DNA from: Blepharisma stoltei ATCC 30299
Taxonomy: Eukaryota; Protista; Ciliophora
Length of the DNA: 64,000 nt
Assembly: GCA_965603825.1 (NCBI GenBank)
Contig: CBFDEM010000039.1
Location: 1 to 64,000 of the forward strand
Reading direction: 5' to 3'
The position numbers and the translations under genes were made by a program. Of this stretch, positions 1 to 11,341 are shown one piece after another. Numbering within the stretch: the stretch's first letter is position 1; each line of letters starts with the position of its first letter. The notes beneath the pieces are model-generated. The model saw only the letters and a list, made by a program, of their open reading frames with translations. It was not told the origin of the DNA and did not search any database.

Positions 1-3000
1 AACACCCTAACACCCTAACACCCTAACACCCTAACACCCTAACACCCTAACACCCTAACACCCTAACACCACCCCTAACACCCTAACACCCTAACACCTA
101 ACACCCTAACACCCTAACACCCTAACACCCTAACACCCCTAACACCCTAACACCCTAACACCCTACACCTCACCCTAACACCCTAACACCCTAACACCCT
201 AACACCCTAACACCCTAACACCCTAACACCCTAACACCCTAACACCCTAACACCCTAACACCCTAACACCCTAACACCCTACACCCTAACACCCTAACAC
301 CCTAACACCCTAACACCCTAACACCCTAACACCCTAACACCCTAACACCCTAACACCCTAACACCCTAACACCCTAACACCCTAACACCCTAACACCCTA
401 ACACCTACACCCTAACACCCTAACACCCTAACACCCTAACACCCTAACACCCTAACACCCTAACACCCTACCCCTAACACCCTAACACCCTAACACCCTA
501 ACACCCTAACACCCTAACACCCTAACACCCTAACACCCTAACACCCTAACACCCTAACACCCTAACACCCTAACACCCTAACACCCTAACACCCTAACAC
601 CCTAACACCCTAACACCCTAACACCCTAACACCCTAACACCCTAACACCCTAACACCCTAACACCTAACACCCTAACACCCTAACACCCTAACACCCTAA
701 CACCCAACCCCTAACACCCTAACACCCTAACACCCTAACACCCTAACACCCTAACACCCTAACACCCTAACACCCTAACACCCTAACACCCTAACCCTAA
801 CCCTAACACCCTAACCCCTAACACCCTAACACCCTAACACCCTAACACCCTAACACCCTAACACCCTAACACCCTAACACCCTAACACCCTAACACCCTA
901 ACACCCTAACACCCTAACACCCTAACACCCTAACACCCTAACACCCTAACACCCTAACACCCTAACACCCTAACACCCTAACACCCTAACACCCTAACAC
1001 CCTAACACCCTAACACCCTAACACCCTAACACCCTAACACCCTAACACCCTAACACCCTAACACCCTAACACCCTAACACCCTAACACCCTAACACCCTA
1101 ACCCTAACACCTAACACCCTAACACCCTAACACCCTAACCCTAACACCCTAACACCCTAACACCCTAACACCCTAACACCCCTAACACCCTAACACCCTA
1201 ACACCCTAACACCCTAACACCCTAACACCCTAACACCCTAACACCCTAACACCCTAACACCCTAACACCCTAACACCCTAACACCCTACACCCTAACACC
1301 CTAACACCCTAACACCCTAACACCCTACCCCTAACACCCTAACACCCTAACACCCTAACACCCTAACACCCTAACACCCTAACACCCTAACACCCTAACA
1401 CCCTAACACCCTAACACCCTAACACCCTAACACCCTAACACCCTAACACCCTAACACCCTAACACCCTAACACCCTAACACCCTAACACCCTAACACCCT
1501 AACACCCTAACACCCTAACACCCTAACACCTACACCTACACCCTAACACCCTAACACCCTAACACCCTAACACCCTAACACCCTAACACCCTAACACCCT
1601 AACACCCTAACACCCTAACACCCTAACACCCTAACACCCTAACACCCTAACACCCCTAACACCCTAACACCCTAACACCCTAACACCCTAACACCCTACA
1701 CCCTAACACCCTAACACCCTAACACCCTAACACCCTAACACCCTAACACCCTAACACCCTAACACCCTAACACCCTAACACCCTAACACCCTAACACCCT
1801 AACACCCTAACACCCTAACACCCTAACACCCTAACACCCTAACACCCTAACACCCTAACACCCTAACACCCTAACACCCCTAACACCCTAACACCCCTAA
1901 CACCCTAACACCCTAACACCCTAACACCCTAACACCCTAACACCCTAACACCCCTAACACCCTAACACCCTAACACCCTAACACCCTAACACCCTAACAC
2001 CCTAACACCCTAACACCCTAACACCCTAACACCCTAACACCCTAACACCCTAACACCCTAACACCCTAACACCCTAACACCCTAACACCCTAACACCCTA
2101 ACACCCTAACACCCTAACACCCTAACACCCTAACACCCTAACACCCTAACACCCTAACACCCTAACACCCTAACACCCTAACACCCTAACACCCTAACAC
2201 CCTAACACCCTAACACCCTAACACCCTAACACCCTAACACCCTAACACCCTAACACCCTAACACCCTAACACCCTAACACCCTAACACCCTAACACCCTA
2301 ACACCCTAACACCCTAACACCCTAACACCCTAACACCCTAACACCCTACACCCTAACACCCTAACACCCTAACACCCTAACACCCTAACACCCTAACACC
2401 CTAACACCCTAACACCCTAACACCCTAACACCCTAACACCCTAACACCCTAACACCCTAACACCCTAACACCCTAACACCCTAACACCCTAACACCCTAA
2501 CACCCTAACACCCTAACACCCTAACACCCTAACACCCTAACACCCTAACACCCTAACACCCTAACACCCTAACACCCTAACACCCTAACACCCTAACACC
2601 CTAACACCCTAACACCCTAACACCCTAACACCCTAACACCCTAACACCCTAACACCCTAACACCCTAACACCCTAACACCCTAACACCCTAACACCCTAA
2701 CACCCTAACACCCTAACACCCTAACACCCTAACACCCTAACACCCTAACACCCTAACACCCTAACACCCTAACACCCTAACACCCTAACACCCTAACACC
2801 CTAACACCCTAACACCCTAACACCCTAACACCCTAACACCCTAACACCCTAACACCCTAACACCCTAACACCCTAACACCCTAACACCCTAACACCCTAA
2901 CACCCTAACACCCTAACACCCTAACACCCTAACACCCTAACACCCTAACACCCTAACACCCTAACACCCTAACACCCTAACACCCTAACACCCTAACACC

Positions 3001-3039
3001 CTAACACCCTAACACCCTAACACCCTAACACCCTAACAC
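1..3039 (+). repeat. Telomeric repeat array (CCCTAACA)n, heterotrich ciliate type
   Basis: Continuous 8-mer tandem repeat from base 1 to ~3039, with the C-rich strand at the 5' end as expected for a left chromosome end. CCCTAACA is the known Stentor/Blepharisma telomere unit. Confidence 0.98.
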
Positions 3040-3103
3040 GCTTAAAATATTTATAGATCTATAATAGCTCATATTCGCTTTAAAAGCTTTTTATTTTAAA
3101 TAA

Positions 3104-3528
3104 AATTCCAAATCACTAGATAAGAAAGGATGCTCTTTAAATGAATTAGGAAGATATCCAGAAGCAGTAGAAAGCTATGATAAAGCAATCAACATCAATC
3201 CTAATAATGCCAAGTATTACAATATAAAAGGCAATGCTCTTAATATTTTAGAGAGATGTCAAGAAGCAATACAATGCTATGATGAGGCAATCAAACTTGA
3301 ACCCAATAATCCTTTGCATTTGTGCTGTCGAGCTAGAGTATTTAATAATCTCAGCCAAGAAGAAGCAGCTTTGCAGGACTTTAATACGGCTTATAATTTG
3401 AAGCAAGAAAATCAAGAAGGTGGTGTTTTACTAAGAATGAATGGAAACTTTCTGAAAATGATATCAATTTTATTAACAACGTATTAGGCCAAGATCGCAT
3501 TGAACTACTCCAAAAAATGCAGATTTAA
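3104..3528 (+). pseudogene. TPR-repeat protein, 3' fragment (no start codon, one frameshift)
   Basis: Manual translation gives KKGCSLNELGRYPEAVESYDKAININPNNAKYYNIKGNALNILERCQEAIQCYDEAIKLEPNN, i.e. canonical TPRs. It is preceded by an in-frame TAA at 3101 with no ATG. A -1 frameshift in a T run near 3428 leads to ...RIELLQKMQI-TAA. Confidence 0.8.
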
Positions 3529-3669
3529 ATAAAATTTGATTATTAGATTTGAGGTAATAACTAGTTCTAACTTATAGATAGAGAGTAATTGATTATTATT
3601 TTTTTTGAGAGTATAGAGTGCTATTAAAATTCTAAAACCTTTATTTTGAACAGCTCCTACCAGAGAAGC

Positions 3670-3909
3670 TTAATTAGAAGCAAGATCAAATTTCCACAGC
3701 CCATTATTATATATAACGAAGTAAAGGCAACTCTTATAACGAACAATACTTGGCTGACAAAAATCTCCTGGCATGTTATTCGTCCCTATTTGGGCCCGAC
3801 CTAAAATATTGTTTTCAACACTTTCAAAAATCCTTCTCCTTTTCTCGGGTGCATAAACTTTTTCATTTCCTCTAAGCATAAGTTTATAGCAATTATTATT
3901 TAAAACCAT
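3670..3909 (-). pseudogene. Probable C-terminal fragment of a Kelch/beta-propeller-like protein
   Basis: IFESVENN...IG...LWKFDLASN loosely resembles the tail of the adjacent kinase-Kelch protein (IYESELSND...IG...YFKFNLEAK). Confidence 0.35.
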
Positions 3910-3991
3910 TGGTAAATCCTGGAAATGCGAATTATTACTATAATAAAATAAGCCTATTTATTAAATGAGAACTATTTATTAGCAAATTATT

Positions 3992-5968
3992 TTAATGCAG
4001 CTTGTTTAATATTTTTGCCTCTAAATTAAACTTGAAGTAACTATCACCACCCGAAAAGTGTGCAATGTTTATTCTTTCTTTATTATATGATAAATAAACT
4101 TGAACAAAACCATCTACTATTGAGTCTCCAATTCGTCTCCAGGCATTATCATTTGACAATTCACTTTCATAGATTGATCCATTATCACCACATTCAATTA
4201 AATACAGTCTCCTTGTACTTATAAGAATCTTGGATGTTTTATCTTGAAAATCATAAGGAATTGTTGCGAAAGTGTTGCTAACAATTGAATACCTCAAAAG
4301 CTTTTTATATTTCCATCCAGAAATTACAATATTCCCGTTAAATATTGCACTATTGCAACTATCATCAGCTTGCGGCAGTGGCATTAATCCAATTCATCGG
4401 TTTTCATTTAAATCAAATCTCTCTGATAGAGTTAAACTTCATCGATTATTTCCTCCAAAGCAATAAACACTATTATTAAAATAGATAGCTGATGAACGAC
4501 TGCAAGGTTTTCCAGATGGCAGCTCCCGAACTCTATAATCCTCATCAATTATCAATGAAACTCCAGAGCTAGGGTATTTACCATAGCAAAATAAATTACC
4601 ATTAGGAAGCTGAGCAATACAAGTTGTATTATCCAGTGGTTCAGGGGTCTCTATTATCCTATCTTCCCTCCTATCATTTTCTGTATCATAAATAATCAAT
4701 TTACTTCTGTTGTCATCATCGTTAATTGTATAAAGAGATGTTTTTTGGCGATAAGCATTAATATAATCTTGGTAAGCTTGCTGAAGGGCTGGATCATCAG
4801 CACAGACATCGCTAATGCACTTTGAGCAGGCTCTCCTAAAGTCTTGCTCTAACTCTCGGTCATTTGGTCTATTTAAAATTTCAGCTCTCTTCTCTCTTAG
4901 TTCTTGAAGGATCTTTTGAGGGTCTATAACTTCATTATTTTTGATAAGATCTTGAGAATAAAGCAGGTCTTCATTCCTCTTTTTATTCTCATTTATTATG
5001 CTGTTTAAGCGAGCTATTTCTTCTTTAAGCGACTTAATTTCCATTATTTTTACCTTATTCTTTTTTCCAAATATAATTAGCTCCTTTTTAAGCTGCTCAT
5101 TTCTTTCCCTTTCTTTCTCAAGTTGAATTTGGCAAATAGCTGCATTCATAGCAGATGTTTGTGGAATTGTAATGCCTAAGCTTAGAGTTTTGTTGACTAT
5201 AAACTCATTAGTTAAGATATTAACTATTGTTGGCCTCTCTGTTCGCCTTTTTTTTAGGCACCAATCAACGAAATCTCTCAGTTCATTAGAGTATTCGCTT
5301 CTTATCGGCTTATAAGGCGCATTTTTTATTTTATTCACATTATCGCCAAAAGGATGCTCAAGGTTGCAGAGATAATACAAAATGCAGCCGACTGCCCAAA
5401 CATCACTTTCTTTAACCTGGAGATCTCCACTATGAGTCCTAGGAGACTGGTAACTGGCAACACCCTGAATTGTTTTTGTCAGTAAAGAGCGAGAAGTGCC
5501 AAAATCAGCTATTTTAATGTCTTTATTTTGATCTAAGAGAATATTTTGTGGATGAAGATCTCGATGAATAAATCCGTTGTAGTGCAAAGACTCGAGCCCA
5601 AAGCAGATCTGGATAAAATATTTCCAGATTTCGTCTTCTTCAAACATTTCATGGGCATGAATCTTATCAACTATGGCTTTAAGAAGGTCACCATTTTGAC
5701 AATAATCTATGACCATGAAGAAAGTATCGTTTTTAACAAAAAAGGAGTCTAAGCGAAGCTTATATGGATTGACCCATGAGAGTACTTGCAACTCAGCTCC
5801 AATATCCTTCCAGGTTGACCCTGTGCTATTTCTCGTTACAGCCTTTATTGCGTACATTTTCCCATCGTTTCTCTTTATGGCTCTGTAGATAGTTCCATAA
5901 CCTCCAAAATTGAGGTGATCCTTAAATTCAAAAGCGTTTGTTAACTCTTCAGGAAAAAGCTCCATCAT
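3992..5968 (-). CDS. NEK-like Ser/Thr kinase domain + coiled coil + Kelch-like propeller (658 aa, UGA=Trp)
   Basis: ORFs 4439-5968 and 3992-4384 are in the same frame, joined through two TGA codons (FGGNNR-W-SLTLSERFDLNENR-W-IGLMPLP, a Kelch repeat). Kinase motifs YAIK, HRDLHPQN, DFG and DVWAVGC are present. Confidence 0.88.
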
Positions 5969-6480
5969 TATTATAATTATCGATCAAAATTACTAAATAA
6001 AAAACTAAGTTAATCAGAAAAATGGCCTAAAAAACAAAAAGAGTAACAGAATTTTTTATTAAACTGTAATAAACGACTAAATGGGTTTTGTCGAACCCGC
6101 TAATTTTTTCTAATATAAAAGCAAACTCATTAAACAAGTAATTTAAATATCAAAACTATTTTGGCTTTTAGCTATAATAGGCTTTTTTCTAATAGTTTTC
6201 TTTGCTCACGAGAGTGAGGGGATTTAACTAATTAATTAATGAAATTCCGCACATAAAACCTTAAAGTCTGGCCTTTTCTTGAAAAAATCTAATTATTCTG
6301 ATATAATTATATGTATTTCGTAGATTGCATTTGAAAGTTATTTCAAATGCTAAAATATTGGTTTTAGGAAAATTGACTATTAGCTATTTATATAGCAAAC
6401 GAAATAAAAAGCAGGACATGAGAGATTATTTATTTCATTATTTCATAAGTTATAAACAGTTTTAGCAAAGGAAGTTATGA

Positions 6481-9400
6481 TTTTTGCTTTTATTGAATCA
6501 TTTTTATACAAGAAGTTAAGGACTACTTCTTTATACTCTCAATAATTTTCCAAAAATTTATTAGATTTGCTACTAGATAGGGTTAGTGTTTTTGCAAGTA
6601 TAAATCTCAGGAGAGCAATGATATGAAATTAACTTAACGCCTGCGCTTTGTATTGAAGCATTTTTTCATATTTAATTTATTTAGTTTTATATATTATGCG
6701 AAAATTAACCTAAAACTATTAACTTATTTATTATAATAGAAACTCTTTAAAATAAGATATAATAAAATTTTATCATCAAAACTTAATAACTTTCTGTGCT
6801 CTTAAAAGAAACATCTAAAATTGGAGCATACTCTCTGCTCAACCGCCTTTCTGGCATACTCTTAGAAATGCTTTGCTTTCTCTCCCCCAAATTAGAGCCC
6901 GATCTTGCAATAAGATTTTTTCTTCTCTTATTCAAAGATTCTCTTCTCCCTTTATTACTAAAATCAAATTCGATAATCCCAGTCTGTATATCCAGAACAT
7001 TCCTCAAATCAGCGCTTCTTAGCTTGATCAACTCATCATCGTTTGCAGAGTCTTGATTTGCAATGTCAATTGACAGGCCATCATGCTTGACAATTCTCTT
7101 CTCTATTTCTTCAAAGACATCAGGGTATTTTTCAAATGACTTCATTAAATCTTTTTTGTCTAAAGAATAAGTATAGCACATACTTTTCGCAATGACTGAA
7201 AATGCCGATTTTACTGATGTCAAAAATTCCAAATCGCCAATAAGAGATCCTTTTCTGAGGGTTTTCAAGATCGTTTTGCCATTGGCAGATATCAAAGCAA
7301 TTGATCCTTCAATAATGAAGAAAATTTCATCACATGATTTTTCTTTATGAATAATATAGTCTTTTGGCAAGAAAAACTTGAACTTTAAATATATTGAAAT
7401 TTGCTCAAAAAACTTTCGAGAATCTTCAAACTGAAAATATGGGACTTTTTCAAGAATAGATTGACTGCATTCGAAAATTATGGACTTTGAAATGTTTCGA
7501 GGCAGGTATAAAAAGAGATTTCTATAGTCAACAGACCCATAGACAACATTCAAAGACGTTGCAAATGCATGATAAGATTCCAATTTCTTTATTAAACTAT
7601 GGAACTTTTCTAAAGAGCTAGCTACACACATTGGAGATTTCAGTTTTTCTATATAATACTTCAAGTCAGATTGAGGAGTGGCAACCGCAGTTGCCATCAG
7701 CCCAAAAATGACAGCGTTCATCATATCTCCGAAGAAAATAAAAAAACGGTTCAAATTCTTTCAGAATCGTTTGCCTCGAGCATGAATCCACCATATCCAG
7801 TGCAAGTGAGAATATTCAGCACATGGAAAAGCGCTCAACTATACTGGTTCCCAGTTTCTGGATCTTGAAGATCATTATCTTTCACCCATGAAGAGTATCT
7901 TTCATTAAGGCTATAATAGAAAAATGAACAGCTCATAAAATGAATTAAGGCCAATACACAAATCATGGTTTCCAAAAATTTCAGTTGGGCTGAAAACTGT
8001 CTCAATAGATTTCTTATTTTAGCGAACAATGCTATAAGTCTAAAGTTAGCCACAAGCCTCAGCAGCCTTAAGAGGGTAATTAACACTATAGGATCTTCAA
8101 TCTGCTCACTCGCAAAAATTATATTGAATGACGATAATGAAAAGATATCTAAAGCAAAGCAAAGAGAAGATTCTTTGTAAACTTTATCTGTCCCACTTCA
8201 AAAAAAATAATTCTTGAAATTAACAAAAATAAAAGCTGCAGAGACCAATAGGCTAATAATTTCTATTCCAAATAGAAATCAATTGTACTCCATTTCAAAC
8301 CCAATTTCTAAGGGCAACTCAAAAAGAATGTAGGTAAGAAAAAACATATATAGAAATGTAACAGAGTATCATGTATTAGATGATAGCTTTAGAAGTTCTT
8401 CAGATATAATTGCTTCCAGCAGCTTCTGGATATTAGCGTAGTATTTTTTTGAGATTTCTGGACAGTTATGAATCTTTGAGTTTATTTTTTCAAAAGAATT
8501 AATGGCTTCATCTAAAGTGCCTGAAGAAAAAATGGCTATTAGCCTATTTTTTGCGAGCTCAGCCATGCTGCTGTACCACTCTGGATAAGCTTCTCTTAGG
8601 TCCTTGATGCATTTTTCTTCTAAAATTCCTATTTTAGATACTTTTGCTGCGATTATATAAGTTGGACTAGATTATATTAGATCTACCATTGTTGGAATCT
8701 CTCCAAAATGATCCCCAGGATAGAGGATTTCTACTGTCTTTTTACCTTTAAAATCGATAACACGCACTTCTCCATCAAGAATGATCAATAAATCATTCCT
8801 TTTTTCTCCTGCGTCAATAGCAGGGTCCCCCACCAAATAAATTTCGACTTTCAGAAGCCTGAGGATTGATTTTGCCAAAGGCTCATTAATGCTCCCATCT
8901 TGATTTTTAAAGATATTAGCATTCTTAACACTTCAGAATATCTATAAAACTGGATATCTGACATCAAGGATGGAGGAAGCTCTTTTAAGATATTTTCATC
9001 ATAAATTCCTTTGCTTGATCTCAATAAGTAGTCAAAATAATCATTTATTTTTTCCATAAAAATACTGCCTAGCTGCTTTTTATCAATAAAATCTTTAACA
9101 TACCAATAGCTATTTTCGAATGTAAATTTTGGATCAGAAGAACAGAGTTCTGCCACAAGTGAAGTTATGCTCCCAAATAAAATTGAGTAGGCAAAAAGTC
9201 CTATTAAAAAGACAAAGCAGTTATATGCTTTCTCAGCAGGCGAATTGCTGACGACCCATCCATACCCAGCATGCGAAACCACAATTGATGACCAATGAAA
9301 TGCGTGTGTATAGACTGTATCCCTAGTAAGGGGTTCAGAGCTGTTAGTCCTATATTGTTCAGGCTGAGGAGATGGGACTCTTGATAATCATGAGTGATTT

Positions 9401-9886
9401 GCATCTTCTCTTTTAGCACATTCTATGAAATAAGATCCACAAAAATGATTTACCATTACATAAACCACCATTACTTCAAATACTCGAAGATAAGTGAAAA
9501 TTTTGAAATGCTTCTTTTTCATATAGAAAAAGAAACCTGCGATGTAATAAAATCCTGTCAGTCTAATTGTTGAAAATATAGCTGCAAGTTCCCTTGGCTC
9601 CGTAAGATCGCTAGATTTAAAAATTAGGGCAAAGGGAATTGCCAGTATTAAATTGTGTATAAACTTATTGAAAGCTCTGCTGGGGTTGGAAAATTGGAAT
9701 CTCTTTTCTTTTGGTAAAGCTGGAATAGATGTGAGAGCACGGCGAAGCTCCAGATAGTAAAGGCTATTGAGAAGATACAGCAAAATAGATAAAATTTCTA
9801 AAGCCAGCAAAGCTGGACTATATTCATATTCAAATGCAATTTGGAGAGGAGTAAAAATGAAATTATATAAGTTCAAGATGAAATAT
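6481..9886. repeat. Segmental duplication, same orientation as ~16177-19621 (includes ~300 bp of 3' flank)
   Basis: Direct sequence comparison. The flank TTTTTGCTTTTATTGAATCA... occurs at both 6481 and ~16177. Confidence 0.92.
6783..9886 (-). pseudogene. 5'-truncated duplicate of the four-repeat CNG channel (repeats III-IV only)
   Basis: Near-identical to 16504-19621. Lesions: 1-nt deletion in an A run at ~7745, AAA>TAA nonsense at 8672-8674, 1-nt deletion at ~8931, and a 9-nt deletion near the stop. Homology ends abruptly at 9886. Confidence 0.9.
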
Positions 9887-10407
9887 TAGCTGATGGGCTT
9901 ACTTATATGGGCCATGCTTTCACTGCTATAGAAAGATTATTATGGAAAATACTTTGAAAATTGGACAAGTTCTAGCCAAGAAAGGATGCAAAGAACGCTT
10001 TGCTGTTGATTATGTAGTAAGACAACAAGAAGAAGGAGGGCTTGAGTTGCTTACGCTGTAGTAATAACTTTAGATGGGATGAGACTTACCATCCTATGAT
10101 TACAGTAAAAATTTAACTGATGCCCAGCTGACTAAAGATGACCTATTATTAGGAGCGGACTATCAAGCAAAATTTTATATAGCCACAAATACTGTTCAAA
10201 ATGACGTCTATACAGGACTTACCTCAACCGATTTCTTAGACTTGGTTAATTCTACAACGAAAATAGATCTGGCCATTTACTATCTGCAATTTCTATATAT
10301 GGAAAATTTGTGTTACAGCAATTAGAAACTCTGCTGAATAAGCGAAGGCTATTTTTGATAGAGCGCTACAAGTATTGGAAAGAGAAGCAAACCAAATCAG
10401 CTCATAG
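9877..10407 (+). pseudogene. Decayed C-terminal part of a PGM1-related (IQCH-like) ATP-grasp peptide ligase
   Basis: Reconstruction across several frameshifts and stops: DEILADGLTYMGHAF / YRKIIMENTLKIGQVLAKKGCKERFAVDYVV / YAV.I.FRWDETYHPMITVK / TDAQLTKDDLLLGADYQAKFYIATNTVQNDVYTGLTSTDFLDLV / ISIYGK.CVTAIRNSAE*AKAIFDRALQVLEREAN. The blocks match, in order, the family consensus as I recall it. Confidence 0.7.
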
Positions 10408-11341
10408 AAAAATTTCACAGAGCTAGACCAAGCATCCAGATATCAGACCTATTTTGTTCCTATTTTTTCTATTTTTATCTTATAAAACAATGACATAAAA
10501 AATAAGCATGTATATATTTAGCTCAGCTAAGCTCTATAGCTAACTAATGTTTAGTAAAGCAACATCAAGCAACACCGGAAATCCCCAGAAGAACTTATAG
10601 CCAATAATACTATAATTTAGGCATGAATATAAAATTTTAAAAAAATTAAAAAGAATCACTATTACAAAAAGACAGTAAAATAGCTTAGTAAAGCTGAAAG
10701 CATGCTTTCATTTTTTTAGTTTACCCTGTAAATTCACTTTCGAGCATTTTAGATCCTTACTTATGCCTTTACTCTAAATTCAGTATTATTGTAAATTTAA
10801 TCCCACTAGTGGAAATTATTTTTCAGAAGATATGGAGAAAGTTTAATTTCATTAATTGCATCGCTAGAAGAAATAACAATTCTAATTTCGCTTATTTTTA
10901 TTTTTTTATTTTTTGTCAAAATTATTTCAAAGTAAACTTACATCATTTAGCCACTTTTCAGGTCTTAAATTGAAAACTTAAAGCAGTGTTTTTTTGTCTA
11001 TTTTAATTTAATTAGCTATGATTTCTTATTCACTGGATATCGATATCATCAACAGTATGAAACTTTAAAAAGTTTATTAGCTTATCGAAATATTAATTCT
11101 AAATAATTATTTTGACATTAAAAAATGCTTAAAAACTTTTATGAAATTTCCCAAATATAAATATATAAGCCAAATAAAAAGGCTTTGACAAAAAATGGAA
11201 ATTACGCAACAATTTTTTATATTTTTAAAAAAAATTAAGGGATTGAAAACTTCACTTACATATTAAAATTTTAAAGTATTTTTGACACATCTTTATTCTT
11301 CAATCATTGCTAAGTATTTTAATACTTATAAAAATATCCGC

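Noticed and set aside
1-3039. CRISPR array or satellite
   Set aside because: No spacers; the unit is a known telomere repeat at the contig end.
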